A DNA stretch of 64,000 nt, taken from Candidatus Binatia bacterium. Its GTDB lineage: Bacteria; Desulfobacterota; Binatia; Bin18. Under the pieces are notes generated by a model. It was not told where the DNA came from, made no database searches, and saw nothing but the letters and a program-made list of their open reading frames with translations. Below, piece after piece: positions 45,423 to 54,475 of this stretch; the stretch's first letter is position 1; every line of letters begins with the position of its first letter. The DNA lies in contig OY763426.1 of NCBI GenBank assembly GCA_963667495.1, forward strand, positions 4,878,927-4,942,926, given 5' to 3'. Position numbers and translations under genes: made by a program.

Positions 45423-46541
45423 TTATTTTGCCGAGAACAACGTCTCCTCGGTCGGCGTTGCTTTGTGCGGATTGAAATACGGAATCACGTACTGTCCGAT
45501 CCGATCAATCGAGCGCATGATGTTCTTGTGCGGAATCCGACCGGCCTGCTTGAAGAAAATCACCTGGTCCAGCCCGGCCTGATCAAAGGTTTCGAGCTTG
45601 CGGTTGACCTCATCCGGGTTGCCGACCGTGACCATGGGGTGCTCTTTGATCTGCGCGTCGCTCAAATCGTTGGCATCCGCGTCCAGGTCGAACAGGCTGC
45701 GCAGATATTCATACGAGTACAGATTATTCTTGACCATCAGGGGCTCGAATAACTTGGCCACGTTGTGCAGAAACCAGCGCGCCCCGGCGATCCCGATCGT
45801 CTCTTCCTCTTTGCTCTCGGCCACATGACAGATGGCCACCCCGGCAAACCGCTCGTTAATCACCTGCGACACCACGTCGCTACGGTCTTTGCACTTCTCA
45901 CGATAGGTGTCCATGGTCTTCTGGACCTGTTCCCAGTTCAGATTGAAGCTGAGCACGCCCAGGCCGCGGTCGGCCGCCATCTCATAGCTGTCCGGTGCCA
46001 CGCAGGCCATCCACATCGGCGGGTGCGGCTCTTGAATAGGTTTGGGTACGACCCGCCTGGGCGGGACCTGAATCGTTTTGCCGTTGTATTCCAGGATTTC
46101 TTCAGTCCAGGCCTTCACGATCACGTCAAGGGCCTCACGCACCTCCTCACGCGTCCGATCATAATCAACCCCAAAGCCGTCCAGCTCCTGGGCCGTGGTT
46201 GACCGGCCCGTGCCCAGGTCCATCCGCCCATTGCTCAGAATGTCGAGCACCGCGGCCTGTTCCGCCACCTTGATGGGATGATTGAAGCGGTGCGGCAGGA
46301 GGCGTACACCGTGGGCGATGCGGATGTTCTTGGTGCGCTGCGAGACCGCACCGTAGAACACTTCGGGGGCCGGGCTGTGGGAGTATTCCTCCAGAAAATG
46401 GTGCTCAACCTCCCACACATAGTCAAAGCCAATCTGGTCGGCCCGTTCTATCTGGGCCAGGGCTTCGTGGTAGACATTGTACTCACTCAGCTTGTTCCAC
46501 GGGCGGGGCGTTTCCATTTCGTATAAAAGACCGAATTGCAT
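45423..46541 (-). CDS. Luciferase-like monooxygenase (LLM class flavin-dependent oxidoreductase)
   Basis: MQFGLLYE...ADQIGFDYVWEVEHHF...LDILSNGRMDLGTGRS LLM blocks. Confidence 0.8.
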   Translation of the reverse strand: MQFGLLYEMETPRPWNKLSEYNVYHEALAQIERADQIGFDYVWEVEHHFLEEYSHSPAPEVFYGAVSQRTKNIRIAHGVRLLPHRFNHPIKVAEQAAVLDILSNGRMDLGTGRSTTAQELDGFGVDYDRTREEVREALDVIVKAWTEEILEYNGKTIQVPPRRVVPKPIQEPHPPMWMACVAPDSYEMAADRGLGVLSFNLNWEQVQKTMDTYREKCKDRSDVVSQVINERFAGVAICHVAESKEEETIGIAGARWFLHNVAKLFEPLMVKNNLYSYEYLRSLFDLDADANDLSDAQIKEHPMVTVGNPDEVNRKLETFDQAGLDQVIFFKQAGRIPHKNIMRSIDRIGQYVIPYFNPHKATPTEETLFSAK

Positions 46542-46600
46542 AGCGTACTCCTTTTTTGCTGGTCGTTCGTTTCTCTCCCCATACAGACACGCGCGTCGGA

Positions 46601-47755
46601 TCAGGACAATCCATACACGCCGGCCACATTCTCACCTAAGACTTTACGCCTGCTCTCTTCAGACAGCGGCGCCACCATATTCGTCAGGTCTTTAATATAG
46701 TCGCAGGTATGATCGTCGTGAGGAAAATCGCTCGCCCAGAAAAATTTGTCCGCGCCGATATACTCGATCAGGTAGGGCAGAGCGCGTTCATCCGGGTCGG
46801 CCGATATCCAACACTGACGCTGGAAGTAGTAGCTCGGGACTTCTTTGAGCGGGACACTTCGGCCGAGCGCGGTCTTATACGCCGCGTCCATGCGATCAAG
46901 CATATGTCCGATCCAGCCCGCCCCGGATTCGAGCACGACAACTTTTACGCTGGGGAAACGGTCGAACAGGCCGTATTGGAACAGCCCCAAAAAGGCCTGT
47001 TGGGGACCCTGGCCGCCCAGCATATCCACCCACCATTCGCCCCATTTATACATCTCCCGAAACCGCTGGTAGACGCGCCGTTTGGGCGGTTCGGCCACGG
47101 GATGAATCCCGATCGGGACCCCCAGGTCCTGTGCCGTGGCCCAGAACGGATCGTGGTCCGTATGCGCGTGGGCCTTGTCGGTCAGCGTATAGGGTGAGAT
47201 AAAAGCGCCCTTGGCCCCGGCTTTGACGGCGCGCTCCAGTTCCTGGGCCGCGGCTTCACCAGAAGTGAGACAGATGTGGGCAATCGGAATCAGCCGGCCA
47301 CCGGAGTCGGAACAAAAATCGACGATCCAGCGATTATAGGCGCGGGTATACGCCTGGGCCAGATCGTGCTCGGTGACTTCGGCTTCCCACTCCAGACAGA
47401 TCGTCGGATAGATCAGCGCCTTGGTCAGGTTTTCCTGATCGAGCAGGATCAGACGTTCCTGGGGATCGTTTCCCCCAAAGGGGACACCTTTGGTGTAACC
47501 CTGTTGCTTGATGCCACTACGCTCTTCAAACGTACTGCCCATGCTGGTGCCACGGGCCAGGATTTCCGCGTCAAAATAGCGCGAGCGTTGGCCGTTCAAT
47601 TCCAGATGGTCGAGTCCGTCCGGGCCGGGCCGAATCCGAATGGCCCGATCACGATATACCGGATCGATATACCGTTCCCACAGATCGGCGGGTTCGTTGA
47701 TATGGCCATCGGCATCAATGGCCCCTGCATACGGTAGCCGTGAGGTTTGAAACAC
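46601..47755 (-). CDS. Amidohydrolase-2 family protein
   Basis: IDADGHINEP N-terminal motif. Paralogous in layout to 44293..45396. Confidence 0.8.
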   Translation of the reverse strand: MFQTSRLPYAGAIDADGHINEPADLWERYIDPVYRDRAIRIRPGPDGLDHLELNGQRSRYFDAEILARGTSMGSTFEERSGIKQQGYTKGVPFGGNDPQERLILLDQENLTKALIYPTICLEWEAEVTEHDLAQAYTRAYNRWIVDFCSDSGGRLIPIAHICLTSGEAAAQELERAVKAGAKGAFISPYTLTDKAHAHTDHDPFWATAQDLGVPIGIHPVAEPPKRRVYQRFREMYKWGEWWVDMLGGQGPQQAFLGLFQYGLFDRFPSVKVVVLESGAGWIGHMLDRMDAAYKTALGRSVPLKEVPSYYFQRQCWISADPDERALPYLIEYIGADKFFWASDFPHDDHTCDYIKDLTNMVAPLSEESRRKVLGENVAGVYGLS

Positions 47756-47840
47756 CTTCCCTCCTCCGTCAATGCGCCTGTGCGTATTGGAAACTCCCGT
47801 TCGTATGAGGCGTTATTGTTACCGTGCCCCTCCGGGGGTG

Positions 47841-48383
47841 TCAATCCGAAGCAGGGCCGGTGTTTTGAAAAAAGTCCAGCACCTGTGCTACCAGTTCGTC
47901 CGCCCGCGTGTCCAACTCGTCTTCCGTCAGATTGGCGATGGGGTGGGCAGTCACCAGAAACCGATAGTCCTGGACCCCCCAACTGGTTGCCATGGCGCGA
48001 CCAGTTGCAATAAAGGGTGTGGTCACGATAGACGCAGTGGGAATACCGGCGCGCTCCAATTTCAGGCCGTCGAGCACACTGCTCGAACTGCACGACCCTC
48101 AATCACCCACGCCGGCCAGAACAATATCGACCTGTTGCTGAAACAGCGCAATCGCCTCCTGGCTGACGGCGTGGCCGGATGACAGCTTGCGATTCACGGA
48201 CACCAAGCGCATGTCGTGTTGCTGCTCCAGGCGCTCGGCCACCTTGCACAGCAATTCCTTGGAATTGAACTTGGTATTTTCGACCAGTCCGACTCGGAGC
48301 CCCCGGAACGCGCCGGGCCGCGGCGCATACGCAAATTCCTGCGTTTCCAAGAGGAGAGTCGGATCAAAAACCGTACGACGCAT
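47841..48383 (-). CDS. UGSC-family selenoprotein (in-frame TGA at 48099..48101 read as selenocysteine)
   Basis: ORFs 48099..48383 and 47841..48077 are in the same frame and are separated only by TGA plus 7 sense codons. The joined product reads ...DIVLAGVGD-U-GSCSSSSVLDGLKLE... The hairpin UCGAGCA-GUG-UGCUCGA begins about 12 nt 3' of the UGA, which is SECIS-like. Confidence 0.6.
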
Positions 48384-48408
48384 TCGTCTTCCTCCTTTAT
48401 CGTCTCAG

Positions 48409-49443
48409 TTACACCCGTACCAATTCAGTCACGCTGCGCGTCCACTTATTCCCCCAGCCGGGTAAACACGCCGACCAGCTCCCGCCTTGGGCCCCCGCGC
48501 AGACAATCAGCACATCATCTGGGTCACGCATCACATAGCGCCAGGTTGTTTCATCTTCGGGACTAATCTCGCCCGGCAGCCGCCCAGCCCGTTTGAAATC
48601 GGCCACGCTCCGCCGCGCCTGTTGAATCACACCCTCCTGGACCTGCCGCCGGCTCCAACCGCTGTGTTTTATGATTGCGGCGTGCTCGCCGGCGAGCACC
48701 AGCAGGCTTTGATTAAACCCATACACGTTCGGTGAGGCGAGATTACACACGGCATCCGCAAATTCCAGCAACAGGGGTTCGGGCGTACTGGCAAGCTGGT
48801 TATACACCCCCATGAGGGTATTGGAGGCATACAACGTCACCGTACTGTCCTCGGGGCGAAAGCCGCGTTCAACGTGGAGCGGTTGCCAGGGATGGTTATC
48901 CTCGTTCTCGGCAAAACAGAAGGCATATTTCCCCGGTGAACCCAAGGTGGCCTTGTCCAGCAGCCCTGGCCGGGTATTGAGCACGTTGAGCATGACCAGG
49001 CGCAGCGCCCGGCCGATGGTCGCATTGGGGCGAAATCCCGGCCCAAAGGCGTTATGGGTCGCGTTGATCCCGAGCGCGGGACCAATCGGACCGTTCACGA
49101 TCAGGGTGATCGCCGACCCGCCGGTGCTGGTTGCCGGATTGTGATAGTGAAACTCGGGTCGGCACAGCCCCCGTACCGCAGCCAGCACAACGGGGAAATA
49201 CTCGGGCAAACAGCCGGCCATCACCGCGTTGATGGCCACCTTCTCAGCCGGGATGGTCACGTTGCGTTCCGCAATAGTTCCCAGACCCTCATCCGCCTCG
49301 ACCTGTCCGACCTTCAGCATCGCCCGGACCGACTCTTCGGTTGGCGGGACGAACGGCAGCCCGTCACTCCAGCCCTGCTGGTAATAGAACTCAACCCAGG
49401 CCGCGGCTTCAGCCGGGTCGGTTGGAGGTATGTGTTCGTCCAT
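48409..49443 (-). CDS. Conserved hypothetical protein (upstream neighbour of the UGSC gene)
   Basis: 344 aa. No family recognised by eye. Confidence 0.45.
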   Translation of the reverse strand: MDEHIPPTDPAEAAAWVEFYYQQGWSDGLPFVPPTEESVRAMLKVGQVEADEGLGTIAERNVTIPAEKVAINAVMAGCLPEYFPVVLAAVRGLCRPEFHYHNPATSTGGSAITLIVNGPIGPALGINATHNAFGPGFRPNATIGRALRLVMLNVLNTRPGLLDKATLGSPGKYAFCFAENEDNHPWQPLHVERGFRPEDSTVTLYASNTLMGVYNQLASTPEPLLLEFADAVCNLASPNVYGFNQSLLVLAGEHAAIIKHSGWSRRQVQEGVIQQARRSVADFKRAGRLPGEISPEDETTWRYVMRDPDDVLIVCAGAQGGSWSACLPGWGNKWTRSVTELVRV

Positions 49444-49555
49444 ATAACCTCAGACGCTTCAGAGTCTCATAGCATAAGCATTGCACGAGAGTCAGGAGCC
49501 AGTACAATGACAACAATATACGGAGAGCCTTGGAGCATGTTTTGGGGAGACCGGC

Positions 49556-49807
49556 ATGAATGAGGCAAAGCTGCTCGAACGTATTACTATCAATCCGAAA
49601 ATCTTCGGCGGTAAGCCTACTGTCCGAGGACGAAGACTCGCAGTCGAGCATGTTCTTGGTATGCTGGCAGCGGGAGATACAGCCGAGACCATACTTTCAG
49701 GCTATGCTTGGCTTGAGCCGGAAGACATCCAGGCTTGCCTGCTCTATGCGCGGCAGCTTGTTGGTCATGAACGCGTCGGGCCATTCTTTGTTAAGCCCCC
49801 CGCCTGA
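49556..49807 (+). CDS. DUF433 domain protein (antitoxin-like)
   Basis: ITINPKIFGGKPTVRGRRLAVEHVLGMLAAGDTAETILSGYAWLEPEDIQACLLYA matches the DUF433 consensus. Confidence 0.65.
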   Translation: MNEAKLLERITINPKIFGGKPTVRGRRLAVEHVLGMLAAGDTAETILSGYAWLEPEDIQACLLYARQLVGHERVGPFFVKPPA

Positions 49808-50166
49808 GGCTTCTGCTTGATAGCTATGTCTGGGGCGGAGTCCGCCAGGATATAAGAACCGCTGGCCATGATGTCCCGTGGGCGGGCGAGTGGGATGAAG
49901 ACCCCGGCGATGAAGAAATTCTCAGGCGAGCTTTCCGTGACAGTCGTATCCCCGTGACCTTAGATAAGGACTTTGGCGAACTTGTTATCGTCCGCGGCCA
50001 ACGCCATGCAGGCATTCTTCGCCTCGTCAATCTCTCAGCACGTCAACAAGCAGATGTCTGCATTCAAGTCCTCACCACGCATGGTACGGATTTGGAAGCT
50101 GGAGCGATCATTACCGCCGAGCCCGGCAGATTACGCATTCGCCCGGCGTCGGCCACTTCTTCATAG
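49804..50166 (+). CDS. DUF5615 family PIN-like protein (toxin-like partner of DUF433). The start codon is non-canonical or degraded.
   Basis: Frame-continuous LLLDSYVWGGVRQDIRTAGHDVPWAGEWDEDPGDEEILRRAFRDSRIPVTLDKDFGELV... matches DUF5615. There is no in-frame ATG. A CTG overlapping the DUF433 TGA is the only candidate start. Confidence 0.45.
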   Translation: MRLLLDSYVWGGVRQDIRTAGHDVPWAGEWDEDPGDEEILRRAFRDSRIPVTLDKDFGELVIVRGQRHAGILRLVNLSARQQADVCIQVLTTHGTDLEAGAIITAEPGRLRIRPASATSS

Positions 50167-50363
50167 GTTGTCCCGATACTCCAGGGCTGAGCGTACGCGC
50201 TTTACCGCCCGGATGCGTCCTCTTTATGCAGAGCTCGACCCGACATCTCGCGTGTTCCCCTATCTTGTGGAATGGCCCAAGTGGGGAAAGCCACAGAGAC
50301 CGAGCAGCCTCCGAAAGAGTATGGTATGGAAAGAAAAAAGGGCCAGCCTGAAAGGATTCTGCC

Positions 50364-51401
50364 ATGCCACACCGCTTTATGACCTTGCGCGAAATTCGCC
50401 GCGCCGCAAAAACCATGCTGCCGCCCGGACCGTGGGCGTTTGGCGCTGGGGGCGCGGAAACGGAAACCACGCGCCGTCGCAACCGCCGGGCGCTCAAGCG
50501 TCTGGCTATCCGCCAGCGGGTGCTGCGCGATGTCCGCCATATCGATATCAGCACGACCTTTCTGGGCCTCGAACTCCCTACTCCCTTTGCCATCGCGCCG
50601 ATGGGCGGTCTGGTCCTCTTTCATCCGGAAGGCGACCTCGAAATGGTGCGCGGAGCAAGCCCCAGCCACAACCTCGCCTTTGTGAGCGGGGTCACCGGTT
50701 GGCCGGTCGAAGACCTGGCTCAGGCCGCCCGCGGCCCCTTGATATATCAGCTCTACTGGAGCGGCCCCCGTTCCTGGTGCCAGGATTTGCTCGCCCGGGT
50801 GGAAGCCTCGGGCTATCACGCTGTCTGCCTGACGGTTGACGTACAGACCTATAGCCGCCGTGAACGGGACGTTGAACTGCGTTTTGATCCGCAGCGGGCA
50901 CGGGCAATCGCCCCCAACGAACAGCCGCCTGAGTTCGACTATCAGACCCGTCTGACCTGGGACGATGTGGCTTGGCTCAAGAGTATTCTGTCGGTTCCGC
51001 TGGGCTTAAAGGGCATTCTCACTCCGGAAGACGCCAAGCTGGCCGTTGAGGTCGGAGCCGAGATCATTTGGGTCTCGAACCACGGCGGCCGCCAGCTCGA
51101 TTCCACCCTGGCAACGATTGATGCCTTGCCGGACATCGTCGAGGCGGTTGAGGGTAAAGCCCAGATCGTGATTGATGGCGGCTTCCGGCGGGGCACGGAC
51201 ATCATTAAAGCCCTGGCCTTAGGCGCAAACCTGGTTGCCATGGGTCGGCCTATGCTGTGGGGTTTGGCCGCGGACGGCGCGGCCGGAGTGCACCGGACAA
51301 TTGAACTATTCCGTGACGAGTTGGAAACCAACCTGGCCTTATGCGGACAAACCAGCGTACGCAGGCTGGAGCCGAATCTGGTTCGCCCGGTGGAGTATTA
51401 A
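50364..51401 (+). CDS. FMN-dependent alpha-hydroxy-acid dehydrogenase (LldD/glycolate oxidase family)
   Basis: AIAPMGG..., SNHGGRQLD (FMN/active-site region), GGFRRGTD, C-terminal glycine-rich loop. Full family layout. Confidence 0.8.
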   Translation: MPHRFMTLREIRRAAKTMLPPGPWAFGAGGAETETTRRRNRRALKRLAIRQRVLRDVRHIDISTTFLGLELPTPFAIAPMGGLVLFHPEGDLEMVRGASPSHNLAFVSGVTGWPVEDLAQAARGPLIYQLYWSGPRSWCQDLLARVEASGYHAVCLTVDVQTYSRRERDVELRFDPQRARAIAPNEQPPEFDYQTRLTWDDVAWLKSILSVPLGLKGILTPEDAKLAVEVGAEIIWVSNHGGRQLDSTLATIDALPDIVEAVEGKAQIVIDGGFRRGTDIIKALALGANLVAMGRPMLWGLAADGAAGVHRTIELFRDELETNLALCGQTSVRRLEPNLVRPVEY

Positions 51402-51461
51402 GCCAGCGGCTTCCATCGAAAAGAGGCGCATAGCCAGGATGAATCACCAACAGGAGGACGC

Positions 51462-52544
51462 ATGCAGTTTGGCATTATCTTTCCTACCCGCATCGATGAC
51501 TGGCAACTGGTGAAAGACGCCGAGGACCTGGGCTATGACCGCGCCTGGATACCGGACTCCCAGATGATCTGGTCGGACTGTTATGCCACCCTGGCTCTGG
51601 CCGCGCATAACACCTCGCGGATTCATATTGGCAGCGGAGTCTCGATTCCCGGCAGCCGCATTGCTCCGGTCACGGCCCATTCCATTGCCTCAATCAATCA
51701 GATTGCACCGGGTCGCGTCTTCCTCGGCCTCGGCACCGGGCATACTGCTATGCGCGTCATGGGTATGAGGCCCATGCGCATCAAACCCTTCCGCGAGTAC
51801 CTGCGCGTTGTGCGTGCGCTCCTGCACGGGGAAGAGGTTGACTACACCTTTGATGACACCACGCGCACGATTCGCTTTCTCCACCGGGACCTGCGCTTTA
51901 TCAACCTGGAAGACCCCATTCCGATTTATATTGCCGCCAACGGACCGCGGGCACTTGGCCTCACGGGTGAATTCGGGGACGGTCTCACGACCCTACTCTA
52001 CGAAGATACCAGCGTCCTGCGCGATCATTTGGAGTTGATCCGGGCAGGAGCGGCCAAAGCCGGGCGCAACCTGCCGGACCCCTTTCATGTTTCTGCCGTC
52101 ACCGCCGCCGTCATTCTGCGTCCGGGCGAGACATTGGAATCGGACCGGATCATCGACGCCTGCGGTGCCTGGGTCACCACGGCGCTCCATTTTGTGTATG
52201 AGGTCTATCAGTTGACCAAGAATGAGGAAGTCATTCCGCCGGCGTTTGCGGATACCTGGGAGGAGTATTGTGCCCATGTCGATCAGATGGAGACGCCGGC
52301 CGACAAACGCTATCTCCAACTTCACGACGGCCACAGCACCTACCTGGTGCCGGCCGAGCGGCGTTTTGTAACCCCCAAGGCGATTCAGGGTACGAGTCTG
52401 GTGGGTACGCCGGAGGAGATTATTGAACGCATCCGCGCGGCAGAGCAAGCGGGCATGCGCGAGCTAACCATCCTGCCTCCGACCCAGACAAACCGGGAGA
52501 TGCTGACGGAGTTTGCCGAGTTGGTGATGCGCAAGGTAAAATAA
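51462..52544 (+). CDS. Luciferase-like monooxygenase (LLM class F420-dependent-type oxidoreductase)
   Basis: MQFGIIFPT...AEDLGYDRAWIPDSQ...LGLGTGH LLM blocks. Confidence 0.8.
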   Translation: MQFGIIFPTRIDDWQLVKDAEDLGYDRAWIPDSQMIWSDCYATLALAAHNTSRIHIGSGVSIPGSRIAPVTAHSIASINQIAPGRVFLGLGTGHTAMRVMGMRPMRIKPFREYLRVVRALLHGEEVDYTFDDTTRTIRFLHRDLRFINLEDPIPIYIAANGPRALGLTGEFGDGLTTLLYEDTSVLRDHLELIRAGAAKAGRNLPDPFHVSAVTAAVILRPGETLESDRIIDACGAWVTTALHFVYEVYQLTKNEEVIPPAFADTWEEYCAHVDQMETPADKRYLQLHDGHSTYLVPAERRFVTPKAIQGTSLVGTPEEIIERIRAAEQAGMRELTILPPTQTNREMLTEFAELVMRKVK

Positions 52545-52616
52545 TAAACTGGGCAGCGTGGGCTGTACGATTGTGCCGTTCGGGAGGGAAACATCTACAT
52601 CTGCCGAAAAATTTAA

Positions 52617-53219
52617 TTGGATTTCAGAGTCATGAAAATGAAAGAAAGAGAATGGGCAAGGAAAATTGCGGAACGCCTCGATAAGGAGATACAGGACTGT
52701 CGCGCTGAGCCTGAAAAAGATCTGATTTATGCAAGTGAAATTCTAAATCATGACGGAGATGAGCCTTTATACAACGAGCCTGCAACCTATACGACTGACA
52801 TTCTCATATATAAAAAATTAGAAGGCAAAAAATGGAAACCTAGGGTGGTCATCGAGACTAAACTAGGAAATGAAAAAGGTAGTGGAATTACGACACATGA
52901 TGCAATCACATATAGCCAGAAGTCATCTTCTCATAAAAACGTTTATCCATATTTGAGGTATGGGATATTCATCGGCAATAGAAAGCACCATCCGCTTCCG
53001 GGCCGCTTATTTAGACATGGGGCCAATTTTGACTTTATGCTTTCGTGGGAGGGATATCATCCAAAAGGGAAGGAATGGCAAATCTTGGTAGACATTCTTC
53101 ACAAAGAAATCAAGGCTTCTGAAAAACTAGAAGAGATGATATTCGAAAGCAGGAAGCGGCAAAGAAAAAAATACTTTGCTTTACACAGACCACTCATTAC
53201 CAAGTTGATCGCAGAATAG
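52617..53219 (+). CDS. Hypothetical protein in an AT-rich islet, with a PD-(D/E)XK-like motif
   Basis: Codon usage is visibly AT-rich compared with the surroundings (runs of aaa/gaa/att). The TDILIYKK...PRVVIETKLG pattern (D...E-x-K) suggests a restriction-endonuclease-like fold. Confidence 0.45.
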   Translation: MDFRVMKMKEREWARKIAERLDKEIQDCRAEPEKDLIYASEILNHDGDEPLYNEPATYTTDILIYKKLEGKKWKPRVVIETKLGNEKGSGITTHDAITYSQKSSSHKNVYPYLRYGIFIGNRKHHPLPGRLFRHGANFDFMLSWEGYHPKGKEWQILVDILHKEIKASEKLEEMIFESRKRQRKKYFALHRPLITKLIAE

Positions 53220-53227
53220 AGAAAATC

Positions 53228-54370
53228 CTAACCCTCAAGCTGCTCATTCAGTCTGGCGATAGCTTCGACATAGCCCTCCACCATTTCCCGCACGACATCG
53301 CGGGTGGCCCGCACGCTGTTTTGCGTGCCGATGCCCTGCCCGACGGGATAGGAGTACAGCTGATAGGCGCCGGACTCCGGGGTCACGCCGGGGGCCTTCA
53401 TGGCGTGGTCGATGCGGCGCAGTGAAGAATAATTCAAAACGCTCTGGAGTGGGGTTTTGAGGGGCTCCGGGGTATCGGGCCGATCCCAGGCCTCGGTCCA
53501 TGCCGAGCGTAAAAACCGGGCGTGTTTGCCCGTCATGGATCGGGTTCGTACCGTGTCATCCGTCCCCGCGACCAGCATCTTTTGCTTGGCTATCCGGTCC
53601 AACTCGGACTCGGCCGTCGTCAGCCAGACAGAACCGCACCACACACCCTGGGCACCAAGCGCCATGGCAGCGGCCATCTGCCGCCCGCTGCCTATGCCGC
53701 CGGCGCCGAGCACCGGGGTCGGAGCAACGGCATCGACAATTTCCGGGATCAGCACCATGCCGCCAATCTCTCCGGTATGGCCTCCGGCTTCGTAGGACTG
53801 GGCAATAATCACGTCCACACCCGCGGCTTTGTGGCGCTCGGCGTGCTTTTTCTTGCCAGCCAAGGCCCCAACGTAGAGACCGCGCGCATGGGCCGCCTCA
53901 GTGACCCAATCCGGCGGCGTACCGAGCGCACTCACCAGAAACCTGGCCTTGTGGGCAAAGGCAATATCCACGATACCTTTGGCCTGTTTCTGGGAATAGC
54001 GTAAACCACGTTCCTTTTTGGAGGCGGTCAGATGATCCGGCAAATCGGGCACCCCTGCATCTTCTAGGAGTTTCTCCACGAACTGCCGATGCTCGTCCGG
54101 GATGTACTCCCGGAGCGCCTTTTGATCCATTCCGCCGGTTGCAGCACCAACGTAGTTTGACGGCATCATCAGGTCCACGCCATACGGGATATCGCCGAGT
54201 TGATCGTCTATCCATTGCAGGTCGATTTCCAGACGTTCGTCCGTGTGAATCGCGGCCCCCAGCACGCCGAGTCCGCCGGCCTTACTGACTGCAACGACCA
54301 CGTCGCGGCAGTGTGTGAAGGCAAAAATAGGATATTCGATACCAAACATGCCTGTGAGCGCCTGTGTCAT
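53228..54370 (-). CDS. Nitronate monooxygenase (NMO, 2-nitropropane dioxygenase / FabK-like FMN TIM-barrel) family protein
   Basis: GIEYPIFAFTHCRD..., GAGGIGSGRQ, AQSYEAGGHTG motifs. Confidence 0.8.
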   Translation of the reverse strand: MTQALTGMFGIEYPIFAFTHCRDVVVAVSKAGGLGVLGAAIHTDERLEIDLQWIDDQLGDIPYGVDLMMPSNYVGAATGGMDQKALREYIPDEHRQFVEKLLEDAGVPDLPDHLTASKKERGLRYSQKQAKGIVDIAFAHKARFLVSALGTPPDWVTEAAHARGLYVGALAGKKKHAERHKAAGVDVIIAQSYEAGGHTGEIGGMVLIPEIVDAVAPTPVLGAGGIGSGRQMAAAMALGAQGVWCGSVWLTTAESELDRIAKQKMLVAGTDDTVRTRSMTGKHARFLRSAWTEAWDRPDTPEPLKTPLQSVLNYSSLRRIDHAMKAPGVTPESGAYQLYSYPVGQGIGTQNSVRATRDVVREMVEGYVEAIARLNEQLEG

Positions 54371-54475
54371 ACTGGCTCCTCAATCTTCTTTCGACCGTAT
54401 ACAACCACGCTTGAGACAAAGAGGCTACAACCTCGGTACTAGGAGTAGAGAGAAGAGTGCGCTAATCACTCACTC

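Noticed and set aside
48099-48101. TGA treated as a true stop, which would make 48099..48383 a truncated pseudogene
   Set aside because: The downstream frame stays open and matches the U-G-S-C motif, and a SECIS-like hairpin follows. Selenocysteine recoding is the better reading.
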